DNA of 64,000 nt, taken from contig NC_090410.1 in assembly GCF_036365525.1 (NCBI RefSeq), positions 9,088,861 through 9,152,860 of the forward strand. The letters are read 5' to 3'. Of this stretch, positions 38,570-50,579 are shown piece after piece; within the stretch, counting starts at the first letter, position 1, and the number at the start of each line of letters is the position of its first letter. The stretch is from Heterodontus francisci. Taxonomy: Eukaryota. The translations under genes and the position numbers were made by a program. Below the pieces are notes generated by a model. That model ran no database searches and had not been told where the DNA came from. It worked only from the letters and a program-made list of their open reading frames with translations.

Positions 38570-39125
38570 CTGAGAGTGGTCTCCCACATTCTGCGCTCCG
38601 TAAACTTGAGGTCATCCAAAACTCTGCTGCCTGTGTCTTAACTCGCAGCAGATCCATTCACCCACCACCCCTGTGCTCGCTGACCTACATTGGCTCCCGG
38701 TCAAGCAACGTCTTGAATTTAAAATTCTCATCCTTGTTCTCAAATTCCTTTGTGGCCCTGGCCTCCACCACCCCCCCTCCCCTCCCCCATTTCTGTAATC
38801 TCTTCCAGCCCCACAACCCTCCAAGATCTCTGCACTCCTCTAATTATGGCCTTATGTGCATCCCCGATTTTAATCGTTATGCCATTGGCCTTCAGTTGCC
38901 TAGGCCCCAAGCTCTGGAATACCCTCCCTAAACCTCTCCCCCCCCCCCCCCCCCCCTAACTCCCTTTCCTCCTTTAGGATGAACCTTAAAACCTATCTCT
39001 TTGACCAAGCTTTTGGTCATCTGACTTGTGGCTCGGTGTCATACTTTATTTTATAACACTCCTGTAAAATGCGTTGGGACATTTCATTATGTTAAAGGCG
39101 CTATTATAAATATAAGTTGTTGTTG
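38570..39125 (+). mobile_element. L2-type LINE 3' end
   Basis: IQNSAACVLTRS remnant; tail AAAGGCGCTATTATAAATATAAG(TTG)n. Confidence 0.78.
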
Positions 39126-39359
39126 AGACAAATAGCACAGATACATTTAAGGGGAAGCTAGATTTGGCATGGCAATAGGTCAGTACCATCGTCTACATAC
39201 TAGATGATGGTGCAGTGCTCAGATAACTGCTCCTGTGGTAGATTCTGTAACGGTGCAGTACTTTAGGGGCTAATTCTAAACTTCCTGGAGTGAACAGAGT
39301 GGTATGAGGTGATTTGACATTCATTGCTTCCTTCGAGTTCCAAGTGCCAGCTTGGAGCT

Positions 39360-39950
39360 GTCAAAAGGGCTGGAATTGAAAAGGGTGAAAGTTCTGTTAC
39401 AGTTATATAAAGCTCTGGTTAGACCCCATCTGCAGTAACTTGTGTTCAGTCCTGGCCACTACACTGAGGAAGGATCTGTTAACCTTGGACAGGTGCAGTG
39501 CAGATTCACCAGGGCTAAAAGGGTTAAATTAAAGGGACATGCTACATAGACTAGGCTTGTATTCCCCAGAATATAGAAGATTAAGGGGTGGATCTAATTG
39601 AGGTATTTAAGATTAAAGGATTTGAGAGGATAGATAGAGAGAAACTGATTCCTCTGGTTGGGGGAGTCCAGACAAAGGGGGCATCACCTTAAAATTAGAA
39701 CCAGGCCATTCAGGGGTGATGTCCAGAAGCACATCTTCACACAAGGGGGGCTGGAAATCTGGAACTCTTTCCCCCCGCCCAAAATGCTGTTGAGGCTCAG
39801 GGTCAATTAAAAATGTCAAAGCTGAGATTGCTAGATTGTTTTTTTAGCAACTGGTGTTAAGGAACGTGGGTAAGTCGATGGAGTTCAGGTACAGATCAGC
39901 AGTGGCCTAATTGAGTGGCACAGCAGCCCCCTTCTGTTCCTGTGTTCCAA
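39360..39950 (+). mobile_element. Degenerate CR1 3' fragment
   Basis: LYKALVRPHL and RRLRG remnants and CR1 3' UTR. Confidence 0.7.
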
Positions 39951-40007
39951 CCAAAGTGAGCAAAAGTTAACTGCGCTGTGACTTTAACCTTACTAGTCAA
40001 TCATTTG

Positions 40008-40401
40008 TTTCATTTTTTCATGGGGCATGGGCATCACTGGCAAAGCCAGCATTTGTTGCCCATCCCTAATTGTCCTTGAATTGAGAGGCTTGCTCGGCCA
40101 TTTCAGAGGGTAGTTAAGAGTCAACCACATTGCTGTGGGTCTGGAGTCATATGTAGGCCAGACCGGGTAAGAACAGCAGATTTCCTTCCCTAAAGTGAAC
40201 CAGATGGGTCCTTACAACAACGATAGCTTCATGTCGCCATTACTGAGACGAGCTTCCAATTTCAGATTTTTAAAAAATTCATTAACTGAATTTAAATTCC
40301 ACCAGCTGCCATGGTGGGATTTGATCCTGTTTCTCCAGGGCATTAGCCTGGGCCTCTGGATTACTAATCCAGTGACATTACCACTACACCACCGTCTCCC
40401 C
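40008..40401 (-). mobile_element. tRNA-headed SINE (derivative of the 56.4-59.7 kb LINE family)
   Basis: The - strand reads GGGGAGACGGTGGTGTAGTGGTAATGTCACTGGATTAGTAATCCAG...GATCAAATCCCACC, then leader, then the LINE 3' tail CAAGGACAATTAGGGATGGGCAA. Confidence 0.85.
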
Positions 40402-40466
40402 ATAAATCTCCCGTAGCATTGTAGGGAGTCGAGCAAATGTAGTCTTCAGGTCAAGTGAGGTTAGAG

Positions 40467-40973
40467 CAGTGCTTCTCAAGCTTTTTTGATTGAAGGACGC
40501 TTTTCAAATGGGTTAGTAATCACGGAACTCCCCCATCTAAATTATAATACTATATAATACTCATGAAAAGGTTACATATAAGGAGTGTTTATATAATGCT
40601 TTTAAGTTGAGGTATTGCAGATATCAGTGAGATGGGTGTGACTGCTTCTCACTGTACGGTGTGTAATATTTAAATACTTTTCAAAAACTCCCTGCTCTTG
40701 AGCAAGGCTGAACTCACCTGGCACCCACCCCCAGCCTCTGTACCTGCGGGTTACCTGGCGGATCTTTCTTCTGCTCTCAGCACTCCGCATTGTGCGTTCC
40801 CCTCTCAGGTTAGGAAGCTCACCCTCTCTGCGCTTCACGTATGGCAACCACATTCTGCTGTTGCCTCCCAGCTTGCACCAAGCCGGCCTCCAGCCAACCA
40901 ATTATTTTACAGACACCTTAGAAAGTCTCTATAGACTCCTAGGGCTCCACGGACCCCAGTTTGCAAACTACTG
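40467..40973. mobile_element. Non-autonomous hAT (Charlie/MER5-like) MITE
   Basis: Ends CAGTGCTTCTCAAG ... GGACCCCAGTTTGCAAACTACTG; termini homologous to 2131-2448. Confidence 0.62.
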
Positions 40974-41087
40974 AGTTAGTAGTAGGGGCATGGACTAGGG
41001 AGTGCAGATGTAAATTAGCCCCCAATTTAAAGTCACACATTCTGCCCTTATTTCTGTATTTGCATTCTGAACTTTCTAATGGACACG

Positions 41088-41800
41088 TTGTTCTCCCGAA
41101 GACCGAGCGAGACTGGTGTGATCCCCTACCTCACCTTCCCCAGATGGTGCGGGAGGAGGGGCTCACTGGGAATGAAGGGCGGGACGTTAGATATTGTTAT
41201 CTGCTGCGCAGTGGCCCCAGAGGGTCCGCTGGCAGGAAAGTCCTGCCCAGGGTGAGCCCCCTACTCAGGGCCAGGGATACCGCCTGCTCGGTTTTCAGAA
41301 AAAATACTGCCTTCCTGTACATCTTTGAGGCTGCCACAATGGCCGAGGGGCTGACAACCTTGGCCATTGCCTTTACACGAGCCTCTATAGACATGTTGGG
41401 GTGGGCATAGCTCTTCACCCCATGGCTAGACGTTATTAATTTAAAAGGACTATATGGGCGGCCACAGAGGCTGCAGCCGCATGAGAGGGACCTGCCACCG
41501 GTGATTATGGGCTCGCCATGGGTTCAAGAGCCAAACCCACCCCAAGTTGTAGGCTTGCAAAAGTTGGCAAGAAATAACATAGAAACAAATAGTAGGTTCA
41601 GGGAGAGGCTGAGGGTACACAGGAAAGGGGAAAGATCGGCTGTAAGCGATTACTTTTGCTTTAAGGGTGGTACACAGTGCACTCTAAACAGTCCTGAGTA
41701 ACACTCTTGGTCTTCTGGTTGCGGGAGGGGTCTTCACCTGGATCAGCTGAAAGCTGCCCAGGCACTAGCTATATCCTTCTGTCTCTTTAGCCAGGCAGCT
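41088..41800 (-). mobile_element. Tx1-type retrotransposon 5' part (ORF1 N-terminal half)
   Basis: SIEARVKAMAKVVSPSAIVAASKMYRKAVFFLKTE and, after a frameshift, QQITISNVPPFIPSE, typical of Tx1 ORF1. Confidence 0.72.
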
Positions 41801-41962
41801 TCAGCTGACCCAGGCTGGCCAATTGGGGTGGGGAAGTGGAGCTTTCTTGTGTATTCAATGCAATTGCACAGCTCCTTATAGAATTGTACACCCCTTGTTG
41901 CTCCAGCCACTTCCACCTCCCGCAACAGTCCAAGTCAAACAAAGGTCTCGTGCTCATCCACC

Positions 41963-42272
41963 CACAGTGGTGCAGTGGTTAGCACTGCAGCCTCACAGCT
42001 CCAGGGACCCGGGTTCGATTCTGGGTACTGCCTGTGCGGAGTTTGCAAGTTCTCCCTGTGTCTGTGTGGGTTTTCGCCGGGTGCGCCGGTTTCCTCCCAC
42101 ATCCAAAAGACTTGCAGGTGATAGGTAAATTGGCCATTGTAAATTGCCCCGAGTATAGGTAGGTGATAGGGAATATGGGATTACTGTAGGGTTAGTATAA
42201 ATGGGTGGTTGTTGGTCGGCACAGACTTGGTGGGCCGAAGGGCCTGTTTCAGTGCTGTATCTCTAAAAAAAA
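41963..42272 (+). mobile_element. HE1-type V-SINE
   Basis: Head, V-domain, HER1 tail. Confidence 0.88.
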
Positions 42273-42446
42273 AAGCAGCCTTATTTCTCCAAAGTCTTTT
42301 CCTCCTCTTCAGCAAATGTTGTCCAAAAGTGTTTCAGCTCTTACCCTAGCTCCCCCGCTCCAGCAGCAACTCCAGAAACTGACTGCAGCACCTCGTTGAT
42401 GCACTCAGCACTCCCAATCAGGCAGCAGCAAACCCTGTTTTTTTTT

Positions 42447-42612
42447 TCTGTACCTGTCCTGGGAGTGTTTGATGGGGACAGTATAGTGGGGGCTTTACTC
42501 TAACCCCATTTTTTTTTTGTATCTAACCCCGTGCTGTACCTGTCCTGGGAGTGTTTGATGGGGACGGTGTAGAGGGAGCTTTACTCCATATCTAACCCTG
42601 GGCTGTACCTGT
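42447..42612. repeat. About 2.3 units of a roughly 68-bp satellite-like repeat
   Basis: GTACCTGTCCTGGGAGTGTTTGATGGGGAC..G.AG.GGG.GCTTTACTC..TATCTAACCC is repeated in tandem. Confidence 0.75.
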
Positions 42613-42854
42613 GCTCCCCTCCAAACCCTAATCCGCCCTCTTGTCCCAACCCACCCTCCCCTCCAAATAATACAACCCAAGTATTGTAATTTCTGCAATA
42701 ACACCCAGCAGCAGAAAAGCCTCTGGACTGGCACATTCCAAGCTCTGAGTTATGCCTGAATATGATATACTGAAAGGCCTTCTTCTGTGTTGCTTTGTGA
42801 TGCATTTTATCTCTAAAATTGCTTTGTTAGATTCTATGTGCTACATACCAGCGC

Positions 42855-45800
42855 CACTGCACCTCCTCCCACTCTCCCTATACACCTCCAACAGACGGTT
42901 CCAGAGCCGTGGTTTTCATGGCCTCTGGAGGTGAGGGGGGTGCCTGTCTGAGTGGAAGGAAGACGCGGAGAAAGAATAAACACCGAGAGGTGAGTCACCT
43001 GGACACTGTGGCACAACCTGAGCCTGAGCTCAGCCCAAGGCCCAATCCCAGGGAACCCACCTGCCCCAGGCTGGGCTCGGGGCCCAGGGTAACCAGGCAA
43101 AAGGAGGAGGCGGAGGCCTCTGATGACATGGAGGACACTGAGCCTCCGCGCCCTAGTGGGAAAAAGAGGAGAAGGCACCCCTCCACAGAGGTAACACCCT
43201 GAGGTGCAGGGCCCATCTGCTGGAAGGGAGCTGTCTCCTGATGCGGGTCCCCAGGTTTCCCCTGCCACCACCATCATAAAGGCTGTAAAGCCTGGGCAGG
43301 AGCTTCCTACCCCTCATGATGGAGAGGAGGGGGAGAACCCTGTACATGTGGCCCTTACTGAAGGAGCTTGTGGTGTGGGAGCCTGGAGCTGCTCCTGGAG
43401 AAGCCTCCCCGTCTCCCACTGCGTCGGGTGCCGAGTGGATGGGAGGGCGAGGCTCTGAAGGGTCTGCCCTCCCAGCCAAAATCCACTCCCGACCAGGTTG
43501 TATCCAACCCAGTTATGGATGAAAATGCTGTCCACTCTGCTGGGCCTGTGGGCACTGGCAGGGCGGGATTGGCCTCCTCCCTCTGCCTCCCGTCCAGGCT
43601 CCGGCTGGAGTTCCAGACTCAGGAGCTACCATCTCCCCTGGGCCGCACATTGGGAAGTGGAATGGGGTTCTGAACCGCTGGTGCCCATAGGCTCCAGCCC
43701 GATAGATTAACCTAAAGAGGACTTCTCCGCCATCGATCCTGGGTGGGATCATGATGAAGGTGGGACCAGCTGGCACAGCCGGGACTTCCACCCCGCGGTG
43801 TGTAGTTGGTGTGTTGGCCGCTGGTGGTGACGACCAGGAGGAGGATGTAGACTTGGTGTGGGGCACGGAGGATGACCTTGAATCCGCCAGTGAGGCGGTG
43901 GACTCCCTCGTGCCTCCCACCAAGTCTCCTCTCATCCCCACCATGAACTCCGGGCCTTCCTCGCGGCATGCAGGGGTTGTCTCAATAATGTTCAGCTGGC
44001 CCTCGGTCGATGGTCGAGTTTGACGCTGTTCAGCCAGTCCATCTGTGTCACCCTCGGAGGCGGGGAAGGGCACAGGCGTGAAACTGGTTGAGAGGCTCCA
44101 TTTCTCAATGGGTTGCTTGGGGAGTGGAAGGCAAAATGCACTTCTGCTCCCTCCTCACAGTGAGACGATGGTGACGGGTTCTAAGTACTTTTGACATAAA
44201 GATAACCATAGCCAGCCTCAACATCAACGGCAGCAGGGGGTCTCTCCACAGATTTCACAATCCCGCAGTCCTCAGGGAAGGGAGCTATGCGGTGAACTTT
44301 CTGCAGGAAACCTACACTGTTCCGGGAGACACCTGGCTCCTGGAGTGGCAGGGTAGGGTCTATATGAGTCACCTCACCCCTATTTCTAGTGGGGTGGCTA
44401 ACTTGTTGGCCCGACTTTTCAGCTGGAGATCTTGTGGGTCAGGGAGCTTGTGCCGGGCCGCTTGCTCCACCTCGCTGTTCGCCTGGGTAGCGTGCCGCTC
44501 CACTTTGTGGACGTGCACGTGCCTGGGCCCAGCGCATTGTAAGCGCGCTTCTTTAAAGAAGTGTCCACTCTCTTGAGCTCTATCAATAGCGGCGACTGCA
44601 TTATCCTTGGTGGGGGGGGGGGGGGGAAATTTAACTGCACCCTTGAGGTGAGGGATTGCTCTGGTCCCCAGCAGAGCCAAGCATCGGTGGAGAAGTTGAG
44701 GGAACTGATCAGCTCCTTCCACTTGGTGGATGTCTGGCAGAATCTCGATCCTGACTCCAGCGCCTTAACCTGGAGGTCTGGAGGAGGAGGGTCCCGAATC
44801 GACCGCCTCTACATTTCGCAGGCATACGTCTCCCGCTTCTCGGCGGCCTCCATGCGGCTGGTGCCGTGCTCGGACCACCACCTGCTGTGGGCGGAGTTGA
44901 CTCCGCTCCGCACGCGGGCGGGGTCCGCGTACTGGCACTTTAACAACCGGCTGCTCGAGGACGAGCGATTTCGGGACTCTTTCTGTTGATTCTGGGCCGA
45001 CTGGAGAAGGAAGCAGGGGGGCTTCCCCTCCTTGAGGCTATGTTGGGATGTGGGCAGGAGTATGCGTAGGGGTTGACCAAGAGGTGGAAAGCTGAGATGG
45101 GGCGCCTAGAGAGGGAGGTGCTCGACTTGGAGTCCTGTCTCGGTCATGCCGTCGCGGACCTGGCCCTGTGACAGGCGTACAATGAGTGTGCTGAGGGACC
45201 TGCAGCTCATAGGGTCCTGAGGCGCATACGTGAGGTCGCGGGTCCAGGTCCTGGAACATTTGGACCGTGCCTCACCCTCTTCTACTCGCTGGAAAAATGG
45301 CGGGGGTTCCGTAAGCAGCTCGTTGAGCTGCTGGCCGACGACAGATCTTCCATCACGGATCCGGAGGGAATGGGCCTTTTGGTCCATACCTATTACTGCA
45401 CGTTATTCTCTCTGGATCCATACAGCGAGGACGCATACAGAGTTTTGTGGGAGGACCTGCCGAAGGTCAGCCCAGAGGGTGCCAAAGGATTAGAGGCTCT
45501 GCTAACGTTGGCGGAGCTGACCGGTGCCCTCCACCAGCTCTTGAGGGGCAAATCCCCGGGGCTGGACAGGCTGATCTTGGAGTTCATCAGGGCATTCTGG
45601 GACGTCCTGGGGGGCAATTACACGTGGGTTCTGGGGGAAAGCCTGGCGACTGGGGGGATGCCCCTCTCCTGGCACAGGGCGATCTGCGCTTACTTAACAG
45701 CTGTAGTCTGATCTCCCTCCTCAGCACGGATGATAAGATCTTTACCCGGGCTATGTCTACCCGCCTGGGCTCTGTGCTGGCCCACATGATCCACCCTGAC

Positions 45801-46000
45801 CAGTCCTGCACGGGCCTGGGCCTGGGCCGGTCCATCCAGGACAACATCCACCTGGTCTGGGACCTGATCCATCTTTCCCAGAGGTTTCGCCTGTTGGTCG
45901 CCTTTCTCTCCCTCAATCAAGGGAAGGCGTTCAACAGGATGGATCACAAATATCTTTTCAGGACTCTGCGTGTGGTCGGACTCGGGCCACATTTTATATA
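42855..46000 (+). mobile_element. Tx1-type retrotransposon: low-complexity ORF1 C-terminus plus degenerate ORF2 (APE + partial RT)
   Basis: IASLNINGSR near 44208, FLQET, SRIDRLYIS, CSDHH, AYWHFNNRLLED, KSPGLD, MIHPDQS and LNQGKAFNRMDH; many frameshifts. Confidence 0.88.
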
Positions 46001-46834
46001 TGTGGCCCCTGGTTTTGGTCTCCCCACAAATGGAAACATCTCTATGTCTACCTTATTGAGCTCCCTCATAATCTTAAAGACCTATATCAGGCCACCCCTC
46101 TCTTCTCAAGAAAATAGTTCCAATCCTTTCAATCTTTTCCTTCCTTGCACATCACAGAGTATTAGCATTAACAAAGACTACAGTTGTGTGAGTGGGTAGT
46201 AGCTGCCCAAAGATCCTGGGAATGCTCTGCTGAGAGGGTGAATGCATTGCCTGGTGTGCTGCTGGCCAGAGAGTCACAGGTCTTCCCCTCCCTTCCCCAA
46301 CCCCCCACTCCGGTTGATGCTATGGTACCTCAACTGTGCTGGGGTTGCTTTAATTAGCCCCTGGGCTGGGAGGAGAGGGGGAATCAGACAGAATTCCAGC
46401 TCATGATTTACACAGAACATACGGAACACAACAGGCCATTCAGCTCTACTTGTCCATACTAGTCCACACAAGCTTCCATCCTCCTTCATCTCACCCTATC
46501 AGCATATCCTTCGATTCCTTTCTCCCTCACATGCTTATCTAGTTTCCCTTTAAATGCATCTATGCTGTTTGTCTCAACTATGCCACATGCTAGTGAGTTC
46601 CACATTCTTACCACTCTTGAGAAAACTGCCCACCAAGTAAGTATAGGTTTGTAGACACAGGCATTGGATTTGACTGCGATGCCTCCCATGGTCGACACCA
46701 CCTTGGCTCACACATGTATAATGAAGAGAGAATTAGCAGAGGGCAGGCAAGCACCTCTTGGAAACCTACCCTGCAAGAGGCAACATCATCAAGGGAGCAG
46801 GGAACATGGAATTGATACTGATTCCCATTGTAAG

Positions 46835-47052
46835 GTATCCATCCTGACTTGGAACTATATCACCATTCCTTCACTGTCGCTGGGTCAAAATCCTGGAACT
46901 CCCTCCCTAACACTGTGGGTGTACCTACACCGCAAGGACTGCAGTGGTTCAAGAAGGCAGCTCACCACCACCTTCTCAAGAACAATTAGGGATGTGCAAT
47001 AAATGCTGACCTTGCCAGTGACGCCCACATCCTGAGAATGAATTTTTTTAAA
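46835..47052 (+). mobile_element. 3' fragment of the tRNA-headed LINE family
   Basis: CATCCTGACTTGGAACTATATC...CAATTAGGGATG...GCCCACATCCTGAGAATGAAT. Confidence 0.8.
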
Positions 47053-47234
47053 AACTGACAAGTACGTAACTATGTACATGGTACTGAGTAAAGCGGAACC
47101 TTACCTCCCAACAAAGCCTTTGTTATAATTTTCTGGGTGTTGTACAAATTTTGTTATTCCTGATTGGAATGTTTCCTGTGTTGATCGGCCCATCAATCAC
47201 TGTGCTGCTCATAAGTCAACTTTTCGATGAAAGG

Positions 47235-47600
47235 AGAATTTGGACTCCGTCATCCCCTCTGACCTTCACCTCTCTGACTCCAAATGATCCAGCAAAGGCC
47301 TCAGCTTCATTCCTTATGCCCCCACCTCAAGAATTTCGAGCTGAGATCTTCTTCAATTGACTTCGCCTTTACATCTACATCCTTGACCAGGAGTCTTCCC
47401 CTCTAGAGTAGACCCTTTCTCCCATCTTCAGAATTCTCACTCCACCTGAACCCCTCCCTCTAGCCTCTTACCCTCTCTAGATTTTTTTGTGACATTGGCC
47501 GTCTCAATTTCTCTGCTCCCTTACTCACTTTAACCTCTCTCCCTCTGAACTTGCAGCATTCCATTCTCTCGGTCCAACACTAACATTGTCATCTCTAACT
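47235..47600 (+). mobile_element. Degenerate Penelope-like ORF fragment
   Basis: SKGLSFIP... remnant (AGCAAAGGCCTCAGCTTCATTCC) typical of the region N-terminal to PLE reverse transcriptases; pyrimidine-rich. Confidence 0.5.
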
Positions 47601-47617
47601 TATTCCAGAATCGTTGA

Positions 47618-47850
47618 CTCATGAAACTACTGGATTGTTATAAAAACCCATCTGGTTCACTAATGTCCTTCAGGGAAGGAAATCTGCCATCCTTACCTGG
47701 TCTGGCCTACATGTGTCTCCAGATCCACGGCAATGTAGTTGACCCTTAACTGCCCTCTGAAATGGCCTAGCAAGCCACTCAGTTGTATCAGACTGCCACA
47801 GAATAGCACTGTGAGTGTACCTACCTACACCACATGGACTGCAGCAGTCT
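47618..47850 (+). mobile_element. Headless fragment of a tRNA-headed SINE (leader joined to a longer LINE 3' piece)
   Basis: AAAAACCCATCTGGTTCACTAATGTCC...GAAATGGCCTAGCAAGCCACTCAGTTGTATC, then AGCACTGTGAGTGTACCTAC..CACATGGACTGCAG. Confidence 0.78.
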
Positions 47851-48334
47851 TGCCTGTGATGCTCTCTTCCCCAAGAACAAATTAAAAAAAGATGGTCAAA
47901 CCTATGTTCCCATGGTGCTACTTGGACGAGCAGAAGAGTCAACATTTACCTCTCAGCCAGCATGACCAAAACAAATTAATGGGTTATTGTATTGCTCCTT
48001 GTGGGATCTTGCTGTGCACACATTGGCTCAAATAGCAGTGACTACACTCCCAAAGTTAGCATTATCTATGAGGCCCTTTGGAATGTTTAATTGTGTTATC
48101 TCTCTTTTATCACTCACAGTTTCGAGCCTGAATTACATTTACGAGATTTGGCTGGTGAAATAGATGGATATTCAACCTGGCCAGTCCCTTTAAGGCCACT
48201 GGCCACACGCTTCCTGCTGACAAATCCAGAGAATTATGGCTGCTTGTGAAATTCAATTAGAATTTAAGTGTATTCACTTGTAAATGTTTGGCTCCACCTC
48301 ATGACAATTTCACAATCCTTGGCAATGGAAAAAA

Positions 48335-48785
48335 GAAAGATTTGCACTAATTTACATAATTCCTTTCATGCGCCTGGGGCATCTCAACGCGTTTTGCAAC
48401 CAATTAAGTAGTTTTGAAATGTTGTCAACTGTTGTAATGTAGGAAATGTGCAGGCAATTTGCACACAGCTAGCTCCCACAAACAGCAATGTGATAATGAC
48501 CAGATCATCTGTGTTGTCATATAAATATTGGCTTGGACACCAGGGAGAATTCCCTTGCTCTTCTTCGAAATGGTGTCACAGGATCCTTTGTATCCACCTG
48601 AAAGGGCAGACATGTCTAGGTTTAGCATTACATCCAAAAGACAGCACCTCCAACAGTGCAGCATTCCCTCAGTACTGCACTGGAGCATCAGCCTTAAATC
48701 TTTGAGATGAAGCCCTTGAGTGGGACTTGAACTCAATTTTTTGACTTGGAGAGAAGAACCCACTGAACCACATCTGACACCTGTT
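48335..48785 (-). mobile_element. DeuSINE copy
   Basis: Head, Deu core, tail. Confidence 0.75.
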
Positions 48786-48999
48786 GGCACCACCGGGTGG
48801 CACCACCCTAATCGGACACAGGTTCAAACTGAAAAAGGCATTTTTAAGACTGATGATCGGGTATTCATCACATAGTCAAACCTGTGCAATGGGAGGAAAG
48901 CAGATGTCCAAAAACGATGATTCTCTTTAGGAATTGACGTCGTGATGGGGCACTGCAGACTTTCCTTGATAAATGAACTAAGATGTGGCCTATCCCTAC

Positions 49000-50165
49000 T
49001 GGGTGCCAGTTTGGCTCAGTAGGGAGCACTCTTGCCTCTGATTCCAGATTCAAGTCCCACTACAGGACTGTGGGCATATATTGTAGTCCGATGCATCAGC
49101 ACAGTAGTGAGGTTGTGTGCCGTCTTTCAGACAACAGGGTAAACCGAGACCCATCAGATTCAAAGATCCCACAGCGATCTTTCACAAAAGAGCAGGGGAG
49201 TTATCCCCGGTGTTCTGGCCAATATTTAACCCCCGACCAACATCAATAAAACAGATTATCTGGTCATTAACTGCTTGTGGGATAAAACCAGAAAGTGCTG
49301 GAAAACAAAAGGCAAAGGTATGTGACAGGGCAGAGGGCAGGAGAGATTAAATGGCAAAATTGGTGTGACCGAACACAGATTGGGTGACTGCTTTGCGGAA
49401 CACCTCTGCTCAGTTCGCAAGCATGACCCCAAGCTTTCAGTTGCTTGCCATTTCAATTCACCCCCCTGCTCTCATGCCCACATTTCTGTCCTTGGCCTGC
49501 AGTGTTCCAGTGGCCATCAACACAAGCTCGAGGAACAGCACTTCATTTTCCAATTAGGCACTCTACAGCCTTCCGGACTCAACATTGAGTTCAGCAATTT
49601 CAGAGAATGACTGTCCTTTTTCTAATTATTATATCTTTAAATTATTTTTTAACCATGTGCCTGCCTTAACTTTGGTTTTTTATGTTTGTGCTTTTGGACA
49701 GAGCTGTTCATTACTCTGCCATTAACACTCTCTCTGGACTAATGCTTTATCTTTCACTACAACCATAAGCACTCCCGTTGCCTTTGTCCCATGACATCTT
49801 TGTCATTTAATGTCTCCTGCCCTCTGCCCTATCAAACACCTTCACTTTTGTTCTCTTCCACCACCCCCCACTGGCTTTACTTGCTTAAAACCTATTACAT
49901 TTCTAATCTTTGCCAGTTCTGGTGAAAGGTCACAGACCTGAAACGTTAACTCTGCTTCTCTCTCCACAGATGCTGCCAGACCTGCTGAGTATTTCCAGCA
50001 CTTGCTGTTCATATTTCAGATTTCCAGCATCTGCAGTGCTTGTGGGAGCTTGCTGTGTGCAAACTGGCTGCCTCGTTTCCTACAACACCTCAAAAAGTAC
50101 TTCATTGGCTGTAACATGTTTTGGGATGTCCTGGGGCGATGGAAGGCGCTACATAAATGCAAGCC
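49000..50165 (+). mobile_element. DeuSINE split by a Penelope insertion (49000-49282 and 50037-50165)
   Basis: The core stops at TGCTTGTGGGA and resumes at TGCTTGTGGGAGCTTGCTGTGTGC. Confidence 0.75.
49283..50036 (+). mobile_element. Penelope-like element 3' end (GIY-YIG C-terminus + pseudo-LTR) with inverted pLTR piece and 11-bp TSD
   Basis: ORF 49365-49610 RLGDCFAEHLCSV..VACHFN..KLEEQHFIFQLGTLQPSGLN. 49305-49360 is an inverted copy of about 49800-49855. TSD TGCTTGTGGGA at 49272-49282 and 50037-50047. Confidence 0.85.
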
Positions 50166-50579
50166 TTTGAGTCAAAAGCAGAGCATGATTTTGATGAGTG
50201 GCATGTGTAACTCAGGGTCTTATGTGGACAATGTTAGATGCACTAATTTGTCAGCATCACTGCAGTGGTGACTGTCAATGAATTGCAATCTCAGACTAAG
50301 GGGAGGTACCTTTTTAAGAATCGATAACACCCACAATATGTCATCATTCTGCGTCGCTGCTGTGAACAGTTTAAAGTGGGATAAGGGTAGAAACTGCTCA
50401 GTAGAATAGGGAAGCTGTGCTTTTAAGCACTGAAACTGGCATGAAACTGACCAGTGGGAACTTATGCTTAGGAATGACATCGGAACTCCTGTGATTGTGT
50501 GTTCTCTTTCAGGTGCAAATGTACATTCTTTTTTTTTTAAAAAGCAGTTTGATCTGATGGATTGATCCTTTCACCCATC

